Assembly (NCBI GenBank): GCA_964016885.1
Contig: OZ024741.1
Location: 87,358,001-87,422,000, forward strand
Direction of reading: 5' to 3'
Source of the DNA: Eledone cirrhosa
Lineage: Eukaryota
DNA length: 64,000 nucleotides
Positions 13,801-30,100 of the stretch are shown piece after piece (positions within the stretch are counted from its first letter, which is position 1; each line of letters starts with the position of its first letter). The notes beneath the pieces were generated by a model. That model did no database searches. It had not been told where the DNA came from and worked only from the letters and a program-made list of their open reading frames with translations. The translations under genes were made by a program, and so were the position numbers.

Positions 13801-14770
13801 CACAGTCTACAACACACATACACCACTTGGTACACAGACACAGTCTACAACACACATACCTCACTTGGTCCACAGACACAGTCTACAACACATACATCAC
13901 TTGGTACACAGACACAGTCCACAACACATACATCACTTGGTACACAGACACAGTCTACAACACACATAAATCACTTCGTACACACACACAGTCTACAACA
14001 CATACGTAACTTGCTACACAGACAAAGTCTACAACACATACACCACTTGGTACACAGACACAGTCTACTACACATACACCACTTGGTACACAGACACAGG
14101 CTACAACACATACATCACTTGGTACACAGACACAGTCTACAACATATATTCCACTTGGTACACAGACACAGGCTACAACACATACATCACTTGGTACACA
14201 GACACAGTCTACAACACATATACACCACTTGATACACAGACACAGTCTACAACACATACATTACTTGCTACACAGACAAAGTCTACAACACATACATCAC
14301 GTCGTACACAGACACAGTCTACAACACACATACACCACTTGGTACACAGACACAGTCTACAACACACATACCTCACTTGATACACAGACACAGTCTACAA
14401 CACATACATCACTTGCAACACAGACAAAGTCTACAACACATACATCACGTCGTACACAGACACAGTCTACAACACACATACACCACTTGGTACACAGACA
14501 CAGTCTACAACACACATACCTCACTTGATACACAGACACAGCCTACAACACATACCTCTCTTGGTACACAGACACAGTCCACAACACATACACCACTTGG
14601 TACACAGACACAGTCTACAACACATACACCACTTGGTACACAGACACAGTCTACAATACATACATCACTTGGTACACAGACACAGTCTACAACACATACA
14701 CCACTTGGTACACAGACACAGTCTACAACACATACACCACTTGGTACACAGACACAGTCTACAATACATA

Positions 14771-15860
14771 TATAGCGAGATTAAAACCGGCAAATAGAAG
14801 AATATAGCTTAAGGCTGAAGAATCCTTGGGGGAGAAATGCTATCTCTGGCGTGCGGCTGTCTGTGAGGAGAGACATCTCAGTGAATCGAGAATTTATGCT
14901 GCCTACACGTGCCAATACAAGGTTGAAAAAAAAAATATTTCTAACGCGCGAGAAAATGATAGTGCAATTTTGAAAGTGACAATGATGAAAAAGAAAGGCT
15001 TCAATCAGCATAATTATAGGTGTGAACTTTGGAAAAAAACAAAAAACTTGAACGATGAAGAAAACGAAGAACAAAAGGCAATGGTTCATCGAAAATAAAT
15101 GTTCCTGTTGAAATGTTTTTTAAAGAATATCAAATTTCTTTTTTTTTTTGTGTGTTTTGAAAGAGTTCGTTGTAAGAAACGAGAAACATATATATATATT
15201 GTGAAATGTTTTTTTTTGTTTTGAAAGTGTTCGTTGTAAGAAACGAGAAACATATATATATATATTGGTGAAATGCGACAGTTAATTGATGCGTGAGAGA
15301 AAAAGTATGTCTGTGCGAATTCCACATGTGCGTGTGTGCGTGTCCTTGAGTATTTTCATAGTTTGTCGCTAAATTTGCTGTGTATTCGTAATGTTACTCA
15401 CAAAACCAGATGTGCTATTTTTTTTCTTTTTTGGGGGGTGACCACTTATAGCGATGAACGGCTGCGTGTTCGTATCACGTCAGGGTTACCAATATAGCGA
15501 GATTACTGGTTGCATGAATGTAACAAAACGAGACAATGTTTGTGTATATAATATTTAATTAACGGTAGATAGAATACTTGACATGTCAAAGATAGATGTT
15601 AGAATGAAACAAAGTTAGTAGTTACCGTTTTGATTGCCAGGCAAACGCGGCTGGCAGAGGGCGCCTGGCTAAGGCCAGGCGCCTGTTGGCCAAATTAATG
15701 GCAGAGCCAAATGAGAAGACTCTTGACCTGGTGCCGAAAAGGCAAAGAGAGAGGAAGGAAGCTTAACGTTGTTAGTTTTATAGGGCTCTGACCGGAAGTT
15801 GCAGAAAGGGTTCCACTTCCCGTCTAGATCCCAATCAAAACAAGGGAGACAACCGCTACA
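14771..15860 (-). mobile_element. LTR-retroelement derivative, copy 4
   Basis: Near-identical to copy 1, with the same TSD and flanks. Confidence 0.88.
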
Positions 15861-18800
15861 CATACATCACTTGGTACACAGACACAGTCTACAACACATA
15901 CACCACTTGGTACACAGACACAGTCTACAATACATACATCACTTGGTACACAGACACAGTCTACAACACATACACCACTTGGTACAAAGACACAGTCTAC
16001 AACACATACATCACTTGGTACACAGACACAGTCTACAACACATACACCTCACTTGATACACAGACACAGTCCACAACACATACATCACTTGGTACACAGA
16101 CACAGTCTACAACACATACACCACTTGGTACACAGACACAGTCTACAACACATACACCACTTGGTACACAGACACAGTCTACAACACACATACACCACTT
16201 GGTACACAGACACAGTCTACAACACATACACCACTTGGTACACAGACCCAGTCTACAACACATACACCACTTGCTACACAGTCACACTCTACAACACACA
16301 CACATCACTTGGTACAGAGACACAGTCTACAACACATACCTCACTTGGTACACAGACACAGTCTACAACACACATACACCACTTGGTACACAGACACAGT
16401 CTACAACACACATACCTCACTTGATACACAGACACAGTCTACAACACATACATCACTTGCTACACAGACACAGTCTACAAGACATACACCACTTGGTACA
16501 CAGACACAGTCTACAACACATACATCACTTGGTACACAGACACAGTCTACAACACACATACCTCACTTGGTCCACAGACACAGTCTACAACACATACATC
16601 ACTTGGTACACAGACACAGTCTACAACACATACACCACTTGGTACACATACACAGTCTACATAACATACATCACTTGGTACACAGATACAGTCCACAACA
16701 CATACATCACTTGGTACACAGACAGTCTACAACACATACATAACTTGCTACACAGACAAAGTCTACAACACATACACCACTTGGTACACAGACACAGTCT
16801 ACAACACATACATCACTTGGTGCACAGACACAGTCTACAACACATACACCACTTGGTACACAGACACAGTCTACAACACACATACCTCACTTGGTCCACA
16901 GACACAGTCTACAACACATACATCACTTGGTACACAGACACAGTCCACAACACATACATCACTTGGTACACAGACACAGTCTACAACACACATAAATCAC
17001 TTCGTACACAGACACAGTCTACAACACATACGTAACTTGCTACACAGACAAAGTCTACAACACATACACCACTTGGTACACAGACACAGTCTACAATACA
17101 TACATCACTTGGTACACAGACACAGTCTACTACACATACACCACTTGGTACACAGACACAGTCTACAACACATACATCACTTGGTACACAGACAGTCTAC
17201 AACACATACACCTCACTTGATACACAGACACAGTCCACAACACATACATCACTTGGTACACAGATACAGTCTACAACACATACACCACTTGGTACACAGA
17301 CACAGTCTCCAATACATACATCACTTGGGACACAGACACAGTCCACAACACATACATCACTTGGTACACAGACACAGTCTACAACACACATACACCACTT
17401 GGTACACAGACACAGTCTACAACACATACACCTCACTTGATACACAGACACAGTCTACAACACATACACCACTTGGTACACAGACAGTCTACAACACATA
17501 CACCTCACTTGATACACAGACACAGTCTACAACACATACACCACTTGGTACACAGACACAGTCTACAACACATACACCACTTGCTACACAGTCACACTCT
17601 ACAACACACACACATCACTTGGTACAGAGACACAGTCTACAACACATACCTCACTTGGTACACAGACACAGTCTACAACACACATACACCACTTGGTACA
17701 CAGACACAGTCTACAACACACATACCTCACTTGATACACAGACACATCCACAACACATACATCACCTGCTACACAGACACAGTCTACAAGACATACACCA
17801 CTTGGTACACAGACACAGTCTACAACACATACACCACTTGGTACACAGACACAGTCTACAACACATACACCACTTGCTACACAGTCACACTCTACAACAC
17901 ACACACATCACTTGGTACAGAGACACAGTCTACAACACATACCTCACTTGGTACACAGACACAGTCTACAACACACATACACCACTTGGTACACAGACAC
18001 AGTCTACAACACACATACCTCACTTGATACACAGACACAGTCTACAACACATACATCACTTGCTACACAGACACAGTCTACAAGACATACACCACATGGT
18101 ACACAGATACAGTCTACAACACACATACCTCACTTGGTCCACAGACACAGTCTACAACACATACACCACTTGGTACACAGACACAGTCTACAACACATAC
18201 ATCACTTGGTACACAGACACAGTCTACAACACATATTCCACTTGGTACACAGACACAGTCTACAACACATACATCACTTGGTACACAGACACAGTCTACA
18301 ACACACATACCTCACTTGGTCCACAGACACAGTCTACAACACATACTTAACTTGGTACACAGACACAGCCTACAACACATACACCACTTGGTACACAGAC
18401 ACAGTCTACAACACATACATCACTTGGTGCACAGACACAGTCTACAACACACATACACCACTTGGTACACAGACACAGTCTACAACACACATACCTCACT
18501 TGGTCCACAGACACAGTCTACAACACATACATCACTTGGTACACAGACACAGTCCACAACACATACATCACTTGGTACACAGACACAGTCTACAACACAC
18601 ATAAATCACTTCGTACACAGACACAGTCTACAACACATACGTAACTTGCTACACAGACAAAGTCTACAACACATACACCACTTGGTACACAGACACAGTC
18701 TACAATACATACATCACTTGGTACACAGACACAGTCTACTACACATACACCACTTGGTACACAGACACAGGCTACAACACATACATCACTTGGTACACAG

Positions 18801-19441
18801 ACACAGTCTACAACATATATTCCACTTGGTACACAGACACAGGCTACAACACATACATCACTTGGTACACAGACACAGTCTACAACACATATACACCACT
18901 TGATACACAGACACAGTCTACAACACATACATCACTTGCTACACAGACAAAGTCTACAACACATACATCACGTCGTACACAGACACAGTCTACAACACAC
19001 ATACACCACTTGGTACACAGACACAGTCTACAACACACATACCTCACTTGATACACAGACACAGTCTACAACACATACATCACTTGCTACACAGACAAAG
19101 TCTACAACACATACATCACGTCGTACACAGACACAGTCTACAACACACATACACCACTTGGTACACAGACACAGTCTACAACACACATACCTCACTTGAT
19201 ACACAGACACAGCCTACAACACATACCTCACTTGGTACACAGACACAGTCCACAACACATACACCACTTGGTACACAGACACAGTCTACAACACATACAC
19301 CACTTGGTACACAGACACAGTCTACAATACATACATCACTTGGTACACAGACACAGTCTACAACACATACACCACTTGGTACACAGACACAGTCTACAAC
19401 ACATACACCACTTGGTACACAGACACAGTCTACAATACATA

Positions 19442-20530
19442 TATAGCGAGATTAAAACCGGCAAATAGAAGAATATAGCTTAAGGCTGAAGAATCCTTGG
19501 GGGAGAAATGCTATCTCTGGCGTGCGGCTGTCTGTGAGGAGAGACATCTCAGTGAATCGAGAATTTATGCTGCCTACACGTGCCAATACAAGGTTGAAAA
19601 AAAAAATATTTCTAACGCGCGAGAAAATGATAGTGCAATTTTGAAAGTGACAATGATGAAAAAGAAAGGCTTCAATCAGCATAATTATAGGTGTGAACTT
19701 TGGAAAAAAACAAAAAACTTGAACGATGAAGAAAACGAAGAACAAAAGGCAATGGTTCATCGAAAATAAATGTTCCTGTTGAAATGTTTTTTAAAGAATA
19801 TCAAATTTCTTTTTTTTTTTGTGTGTTTTGAAAGAGTTCGTTGTAAGAAACGAGAAACATATATATATATTGTGAAATGTTTTTTTTGTTTTGAAAGTGT
19901 TCGTTGTAAGAAACGAGAAACATATATATATATATTGGTGAAATGCGACAGTTAATTGATGCGTGAGAGAAAAAGTATGTCTGTGCGAATTCCACATGTG
20001 CGTGTGTGCGTGTCCTTGAGTATTTTCATAGTTTGTCGCTAAATTTGCTGTGTATTCGTAATGTTACTCACAAAACCAGATGTGCTATTTTTTTTCTTTT
20101 TTGGGGGGTGACCACTTATAGCGATGAACGGCTGCGTGTTCGTATCACGTCAGGGTTACCAATATAGCGAGATTACTGGTTGCATGAATGTAACAAAACG
20201 AGACAATGTTTGTGTATGTAATATTTAATTAACGGTAGATAGAATACTTGACATGTCAAAGATAGATGTTAGAATGAAACAAAGTTAGTAGTTACCGTTT
20301 TGATTGCCAGGCAAACGCGGCTGGCAGAGGGCGCCTGGCTAAGGCCAGGCGCCTGTTGGCCAAATTAATGGCAGAGCCAAATGAGAAGACTCTTGACCTG
20401 GTGCCGAAAAGGCAAAGAGAGAGGAAGGAAGCTTAACGTTGTTAGTTTTATAGGGCTCTGACCGGAAGTTGCAGAAAGGGTTCCACTTCCCGTCTAGATC
20501 CCAATCAAAACAAGGGAGACAACCGCTACA
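19442..20530 (-). mobile_element. LTR-retroelement derivative, copy 5 (1,089 bp)
   Basis: Near-identical to copy 1, with the same TSD and flanks; one T shorter in a homopolymer. Confidence 0.88.
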
Positions 20531-23500
20531 CATACATCACTTGGTACACAGACACAGTCTACAACACATACACCACTTGGTACACAGACACAGTCTACAA
20601 TACATACATCACTTGGTACACAGACACAGTCTACAACACATACACCACTTGGTACAAAGACACAGTCTACAACACATACATCACTTGGTACACAGACACA
20701 GTCTACAACACATACACCTCACTTGATACACAGACACAGTCCACAACACATACATCACTTGGTACACAGACACAGTCTACAACACATACACCACTTGGTA
20801 CACAGACACAGTCTACAACACATACACCACTTGGTACACAGACACAGTCTACAACACACATACACCACTTGGTACACAGACACAGTCTACAACACATACA
20901 CCACTTGGTACACAGACCCAGTCTACAACACATACACCACTTGCTACACAGTCACACTCTACAACACACACACATCACTTGGTACAGAGACACAGTCTAC
21001 AACACATACCTCACTTGGTACACAGACACAGTCTACAACACACATACGCCACTTGGTACACAGACACAGTCTACAACACACATACCTCACTTGATACACA
21101 GACACAGTCTACAACACATACATCACTTGCTACACAGACACAGTCTACAAGACATACACCACTTGGTACACAGACACAGTCTACAACACATACATCACTT
21201 GGTACACAGACACAGTCTACAACACACATACCTCACTTGGTCCACAGACACAGTCTACAATACATACACCACTTGGTACACAGACACAGTCTACAACACA
21301 TACACCACTTGGTACACAGACACAGTCTACAACACATACATCACTTGGTACACAGACACAGTCTACAACACACATACCTCACTTGGTCCACAGACACAGT
21401 CTACAACACATACATCACTTGGTACACAGACACAGTCTACAACACATACACCACTTGGTACACATACACAGTCTACATAACATACATCACTTGGTACACA
21501 GATACAGTCCACAACACATACATCACTTGGTACACAGACAGTCTACAACACATACATAACTTGCTACACAGACAAAGTCTACAACACATACACCACTTGG
21601 TACACAGACACAGTCTACAACACATACATCACTTGGTGCACAGACACAGTCTACAACACATACACCACTTGGTACACAGACACAGTCTACAACACACATA
21701 CCTCACTTGGTCCACAGACACAGTCTACAACACATACATCACTTGGTACACAGACACAGTCCACAACACATACATCACTTGGTACACAGACACAGTCTAC
21801 AACACACATAAATCACTTCGTACACAGACACAGTCTACAACACATACGTAACTTGCTACACAGACAAAGTCTACAACACATACACCACTTGGTACACAGA
21901 CACAGTCTACAATACATACATCACTTGGTACACAGACACAGTCTACTACACATACACCACTTGGTACACAGACACAGTCTACAACACATACATCACTTGG
22001 TACACAGACAGTCTACAACACATACACCTCAATTGATACACAGACACAGTCCACAACACATACATCACTTGGTACACAGATACAGTCTACAACACATACA
22101 CCACTTGGTACACAGACACAGTCTCCAATACATACATCACTTGGGACACAGACACAGTCTACAACACATACACCACTTGCTACACAGTCACACTCTACAA
22201 CACACACACATCACTTGGTACAGAGACACAGTCTACAACACATACCTCACTTGGTACACAGACACAGTCTACAACACACATACACCACTTGGTACACAGA
22301 CACAGTCTACAACACACATACCTTACTTGATACACAGACACAGTCCACAACACATACATCACTTGCTACACAGACACAGTCTACAAGACATACACCACTT
22401 GGTACACAGACACAGTCTACAACACATACACCACTTGGTACACAGACACAGTCTACAACACATACACCACTTGCTACACAGTCACACTCTACAACACACA
22501 CACATCACTTGGTACAGAGACACAGTCTACAACACATACCTCACTTGGTACACAGACACAGTCTACAACACACATACACCACTTGGTACACAGACACAGT
22601 CTACAACACACATACCTCACTTGATACACAGACACAGTCTACAACACATACATCACTTGCTACACAGACACAGTCTACAAGACATACACCACATGGTACA
22701 CAGATACAGTCTACAACACACATACCTCACTTGGTCCACAGACACAGTCTACAACACATACACCACTTGGTACACAGACACAGTCTACAACACATACATC
22801 ACTTGGTACACAGACACAGTCTACAACACATATTCCACTTGGTACACAGACACAGTCTACAACACATACATCACTTGGTACACAGACACAGTCTACAACA
22901 CACATACCTCACTTGGTCCACAGACACAGTCTACAACACATACACCACTTGGTACACAGACACAGTCTACAACACATACATCACTTGGTACACAGACACA
23001 GTCTACAACACATACATCACTTGGTACACAGACACAGTCTACAACACATACACCACTTGGTACACAGACACAGTCTACAACACATACATCACTTGGTACA
23101 CAGACACAGTCTACAACACATATTCCACTTGGTACACAGACACAGTCTACAACACATACATCACTTGGTACACAGACACAGTCTACAACACATACCTCAC
23201 TTGGTCCACAGACACAGTCTACAACACATACTTAACTTGGTACACAGACACAGCCTACAACACATACACCACTTGGTACACAGACACAGTCTACAACACA
23301 TACATCACTTGGTACACAGACACAGTCTACAACACACTACCTCACTTGGTCCACAGACACAGTCCACAACACATACATCACTTGGTACACAGACACAATC
23401 TACAACACACATACCTCACTTGGTCCACAGACACAGTCTACAACACATACTTAACTTGGTACACAGACACAGCCTACAACACATACACCACTTGGTACAC

Positions 23501-24159
23501 AGACACAGTCTACAACACATACATCACTTGGTACACAGACACAGCCTACAACACATACACCACTTGGTACACAGACACAGTCTACAACACATACACCACT
23601 TGGTACACAGACACAGTCTACATAACATACATCACTTGGTACACAGATACAGTCCACAACACATACATCACTTGGTACACAGACACAGTCTACAACACGT
23701 ATATCACTTGCTACACAGACACAGGCTACAACATATACCTCACTTGCTACACAGACAAAGTCTACAACACATACATCACGTCGTACACAGATACAGTCTA
23801 CAACACACACACATCACTTCGTACACATACACAACCACAACACATACATCACTTGGTACACAGACACAGTCTACAACACATATTCCAATTGGTACACAGA
23901 CACAGGCTACAACACATACATCACTTGGTACACAGACACAGTCTACAACACATATTCCTCTTGGTACACAGACTCAGGCTACAACACATACATCACTTGG
24001 TACACAGACACAGTCTACAACACATATACACCACTTGGTACACAGACACAGTCTACAAAACACATACCTCACTTGATACACAGACACAGTCTACAACACA
24101 TACATCACTTGCTACACAGACAAAGTCTACAACACATACATCACGTCGTACACAGACAC

Positions 24160-27100
24160 AGTCTACAACACACATACCTCACTTGGTACACAGACACAGT
24201 CTACAACACATACACCACTTTGTACACAGACACAGTCTACAACACATACACCACTTGGTACACAGGCACAGTCTACAACACATACACCACCTGGTACACA
24301 GACACAGTCTACAACACATACACCAGCTGGTACACAGATACAGTCTACAACACATACATCGCTTGGTACACAGACACAGTCTACAACACATACATCATCT
24401 GGTACACAGACACAGTCTACAACACATACACCACTTGGTACACAGACAGAGTCTACAACACATACACCACTTGGTACACAGACACAGTCTACAACACATA
24501 CACCACTTGGTACACAGACACAGTTTACAACACACATACCTCACTTGGTACACAGACACAGTCTACAACACATACACCACTTTGTACACAGACACAGTCT
24601 ACAACACATACACCTCTTGGTACACAGACAGAGTCTACAACACATACATCACTTGGTACACAGAGACAGTCTACATTACATACATCACCTGGTACACAGA
24701 CACAGTCTACAACACATACATCACTTGGTACACAGACACAGTCTACAACACATACACCACTTGGTACACAGACACAGTCTACATAACATACATCACTTGG
24801 TACACAGACACAGTCTACAACACATACATCACTTGGTACACAGACACAGTCTACAACACATACATCACCTGGTACACAGATACAGTCTACAACACATACA
24901 TCACTTGGTACACAGACACAGTCTACGACACATACATCATCTGGTACACATACACAGTCTACAACACATATACCACTTGGTACACAGACACAGTCTACAA
25001 CACATACATCACTTGGTGCACAGACACAGTCTACAACATATACATCACTTGGTACACAGACATAGTCTACAAAACATACACCACCTGGTACACAGACACA
25101 GTCTAAAACATATACACCACTTGGTACACAGACACAGTCTACAACACATACACCACTTGGTACACAGACAGAGTCTACAACACATACAACACTTGGTACA
25201 CAGAGACAGTCTACAATACATACATCACCTGGTACACAGACACAGTCTACAACACATACATCACTTGGTACACAGACACAGTCTACATCACATACATCAC
25301 TTGGTACACAGACACAGTCTACAACACATACACCACTTGGTACACAGACACAGTCTACAACACATACACCACCTGGTACACAGACACAGTCTACAACACA
25401 TACACCAGCTGGTACACAGATACAGTCTACAACACATACATCACTTGGTACACAGACACAGTCTACAACACATACATCATCTGGTACACAGACACAGTCT
25501 ACAACACATACACCACTTGGTACACAGACACAGTCTATAACACATACATCACTTGGTACACAGACACAGTCTACAACATAAACATCACTTGGTACACAGA
25601 CACAGTCTACAATACATACATCACCTTGTACACAGACACAGTCTACAACACGTACACCACTTGGTACACCGATACAGTCTACAACACATACACCACCTGG
25701 TACACATACACAGTCCACAACACATACATCACTTGGTACACCGACACAGTCTACAACACATACACCACCTGGTACACAGACACAGTTTACATAACATATA
25801 TCACTTGGTACACAGACACAGTCCACAACACATACACCACTTGGTACACAGACACAGTCTACAACACACATACATCACCTGGTACACAGACACAGTCTAC
25901 AACACATACATCACTTAGTCCACAGACACAGTCCACAACACATACATCACTTGGTACACAGACACAGTCTACAACACATACACCACTTGGTACACAGACA
26001 CAGTCTACAACACATACACCACTTGGTACACTGACACAGTCTAAAACACATACACCACTTGGTACACAGACACAGTCTACAACACATACACCACTTGGTA
26101 CACAGACAGAGTCTACAACACATACACCACTTGGTACACAGACACAGTCTACAACACATACACCACTTGGTACACAGACACAGTTTACAACACACATACC
26201 TCACTTGGTACACAGACACAGTCTACAACACATACACCACTTTGTACACAGACACAGTCTACAACACATACACCACTTGGTACACAGGCACAGTCTACAA
26301 CACATACACCACCTGGTACACAGACACAGTCTACAACACATACACCAGCTGGTACACAGATACAGTCTACAACACATACATCGCTTGGTACACAGACACA
26401 GTCTACAACACATACATCATCTGGTACACAGACACAGTCTACAACACATACACCACTTGGTACACAGACAGAGTCTACAACACATACACCACTTGGTACA
26501 CAGACACAGTCTACAACACATACACCACTTGGTACACAGACACAGTTTACAACACACATACCTCACTTGGTACACAGACACAGTCTACAACACATACACC
26601 ACTTTGTACACAGACACAGTCTACAACACATACACCACTTGGTACACAGACACAGTCTACAACACATACACCACCTGGTACACAGACACAGTCTACAACA
26701 CATACACCAGCTGGTACACAGATACAGTCTACAACACATACACCACTTGGTACACAGACACAGTCTATAACACATACATCACTTGGTACACAGACACAGT
26801 CTACAACATAAACATCACTTGGTACACAGACACAGTCTACAATACATACATCACCTTGTACACAGACACAGTCTACAACACGTACACCACTTGGTACACC
26901 GATACAGTCTACAACACATACACCACCTGGTACACATACACAGTCCACAACACATACATCACTTGGTACACCGACACAGTCTACAACACAGACACCACCT
27001 GGTACACAGACACAGTTTACATAACATATATCACTTGGTACACTGACACAGTCTACAACACTTACATCACTTGGTACACAGACACAGTCCACAACACATA

Positions 27101-30100
27101 CACCACTTGGTACACAGACACAGTCTACAACACATACACCACCTGGTACACAGACACAGTCTACAACACATACACCAGCTGGTACACAGATACAGTCTAC
27201 AACACATACATCACTTGGTACACAGACACAGTCTACAACACATACATCATCTGGTACACAGACACAGTCTACAACACATACACCACTTGGTACACAGACA
27301 CAGTCTATAACACATACATCACTTGGTACACAGACACAGTCTACAACATAAACATCACTTGGTACACAGACACAGTCTACAATACATACATCACCTTGTA
27401 CACAGACACAGTCTACAACACGTACACCACTTGGTACACCGATACAGTCTACAACACATACACCACCTGGTACACATACACAGTCCACAACACATACATC
27501 ACTTGGTACACCGACACAGTCTACAACACATACACCACCTGGTACACAGACACAGTTTACATAACATATATCACTTGGTACACAGACACAGTCCACAACA
27601 CATACACCACTTGGTACACAGACACAGTCTACAACACACATACATCACCTGGTACACAGACACAGTCTACAACACATACATCACTTAGTCCACAGACACA
27701 GTCCACAACACATACATCACTTGGTACACAGACACAGTCTACAACACATACACCACTTGGTACACAGACACAGTCTACAACACATACACCACTTGGTACA
27801 CTGACACAGTCTAAAACACATACACCACTTGGTACACAGACACAGTCTACAACACATACACCACTTGGTACACAGACAGAGTCTACAACACATACACCAC
27901 TTGGTACACAGACACAGTCTACAACACATACACCACTTGGTACACAGACACAGTTTACAACACACATACCTCACTTGGTACACAGACACAGTCTACAACA
28001 CATACACCACTTTGTACACAGACACAGTCTACAACACATACACCACTTGGTACACAGGCACAGTCTACAACACATACACCACCTGGTACACAGACACAGT
28101 CTACAACACATACACCAGCTGGTACACAGATACAGTCTACAACACATACATCGCTTGGTACACAGACACAGTCTACAACACATACATCATCTGGTACACA
28201 GACACAGTCTACAACACATACACCACTTGGTACACAGACAGAGTCTACAACACATACACCACTTGGTACACAGACACAGTCTACAACACATACACCACTT
28301 GGTACACAGACACAGTTTACAACACACATACCTCACTTGGTACACAGACACAGTCTACAACACATACACCACTTTGTACACAGACACAGTCTACAACACA
28401 TACACCACTTGGTACACAGACACAGTCTACAACACATACACCACCTGGTACACAGACACAGTCTACAACACATACACCAGCTGGTACACAGATACAGTCT
28501 ACAACACATACACCACTTGGTACACAGACACAGTCTATAACACATACATCACTTGGTACACAGACACAGTCTACAACATAAACATCACTTGGTACACAGA
28601 CACAGTCTACAATACATACATCACCTTGTACACAGACACAGTCTACAACACGTACACCACTTGGTACACCGATACAGTCTACAACACATACACCACCTGG
28701 TACACATACACAGTCCACAACACATACATCACTTGGTACACCGACACAGTCTACAACACAGACACCACCTGGTACACAGACACAGTTTACATAACATATA
28801 TCACTTGGTACACTGACACAGTCTACAACACTTACATCACTTGGTACACAGACACAGTCCACAACACATACACCACTTGGTACACAGACACAGTCTACAA
28901 CACACATACATCACCTGGTACACAGACACAGCCTACAACACATACATCACTTAGTCCACAGACACAGTCCACAACACATACATCACTTGGTACACAGACA
29001 CAGTCTACAACACATACACCACTTGGTACACAGACACAGTCTACAACACATACACCACTTGATACACTGACACAGTCTAAAACACATACACCACTTGGTA
29101 CACAGACACAGTCTAAAACACATACACCACTTGGTACACATACACAGTCTACAACACATACACCACTTGGTACACAGACACAGTCTACAACACATACACC
29201 ACTTGGTACACAGACACAGTTTACAACACACATACCTCACTTGGTACACAGACACAGTCTACAACACATACACCACTTGGTACACAGACACAGTCTACAA
29301 CACATACACCACTTGGTACACTGACACAGTCTAAAACACATACACCACTTGGTACACAGACACAGTCTAAAACACATACACCACTTGGTACACATACACA
29401 GTCTACAACACATACACCACTTGGTACACAGACACAGTCTACAACACATACACCACTTGGTACACAGACACAGTTTACAACACACATACCTCACTTGGTA
29501 CACAGACACAGTCTACAACACATACACCACTTTGTACACAGACACAGTCTATAACACATACATCACTTGGTACACAGACACAGTCTACAACATAAACATC
29601 ACTTGGTACACAGACACAGTCTACAATACATACATCACCTTGTACACAGACACAGTCTACAACACGTACACCACTTGGTACACCGATACAGTCTACAACA
29701 CATACACCACCTGGTACACATACACAGTCCACAACACATACATCACTTGGTACACCGACACAGTCTACAACACATACACCACCTGGTACACAGACACAGT
29801 TTACATAACATATATCACTTGGTACACAGACACAGTCCACAACACATACACCACTTGGTACACAGACACAGTCTACAACACACATACATCACCTGGTACA
29901 CAGACACAGTCTACAACACATACATCACTTAGTCCACAGACACAGTCCACAACACATACATCACTTGGTACACAGACACAGTCTACAACACATACACCAC
30001 TTGGTACACAGACACAGTCTACAACACATACACCACTTGGTACACTGACACAGTCTAAAACACATACACCACTTGGTACACAGACACAGTCTACAACACA

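Larger units (their letters stand above)
909..23300. repeat. Composite higher-order repeat (element plus 3-4 kb of satellite); periods 4817, 4013, 5032 and 4671 bp
   Basis: Periods are the differences between element starts. The same order of rare monomer variants (TACAAAGAC, GACCCAG, AGTCACACTC, ACAAGAC) follows each element. Right boundary is approximate. Confidence 0.9.

Noticed and set aside
909-20530. Five independent, site-specific insertions into the satellite
   Set aside because: All copies share the same rare flanking variant series over hundreds of bp; passive tandem amplification of one insertion is far simpler.
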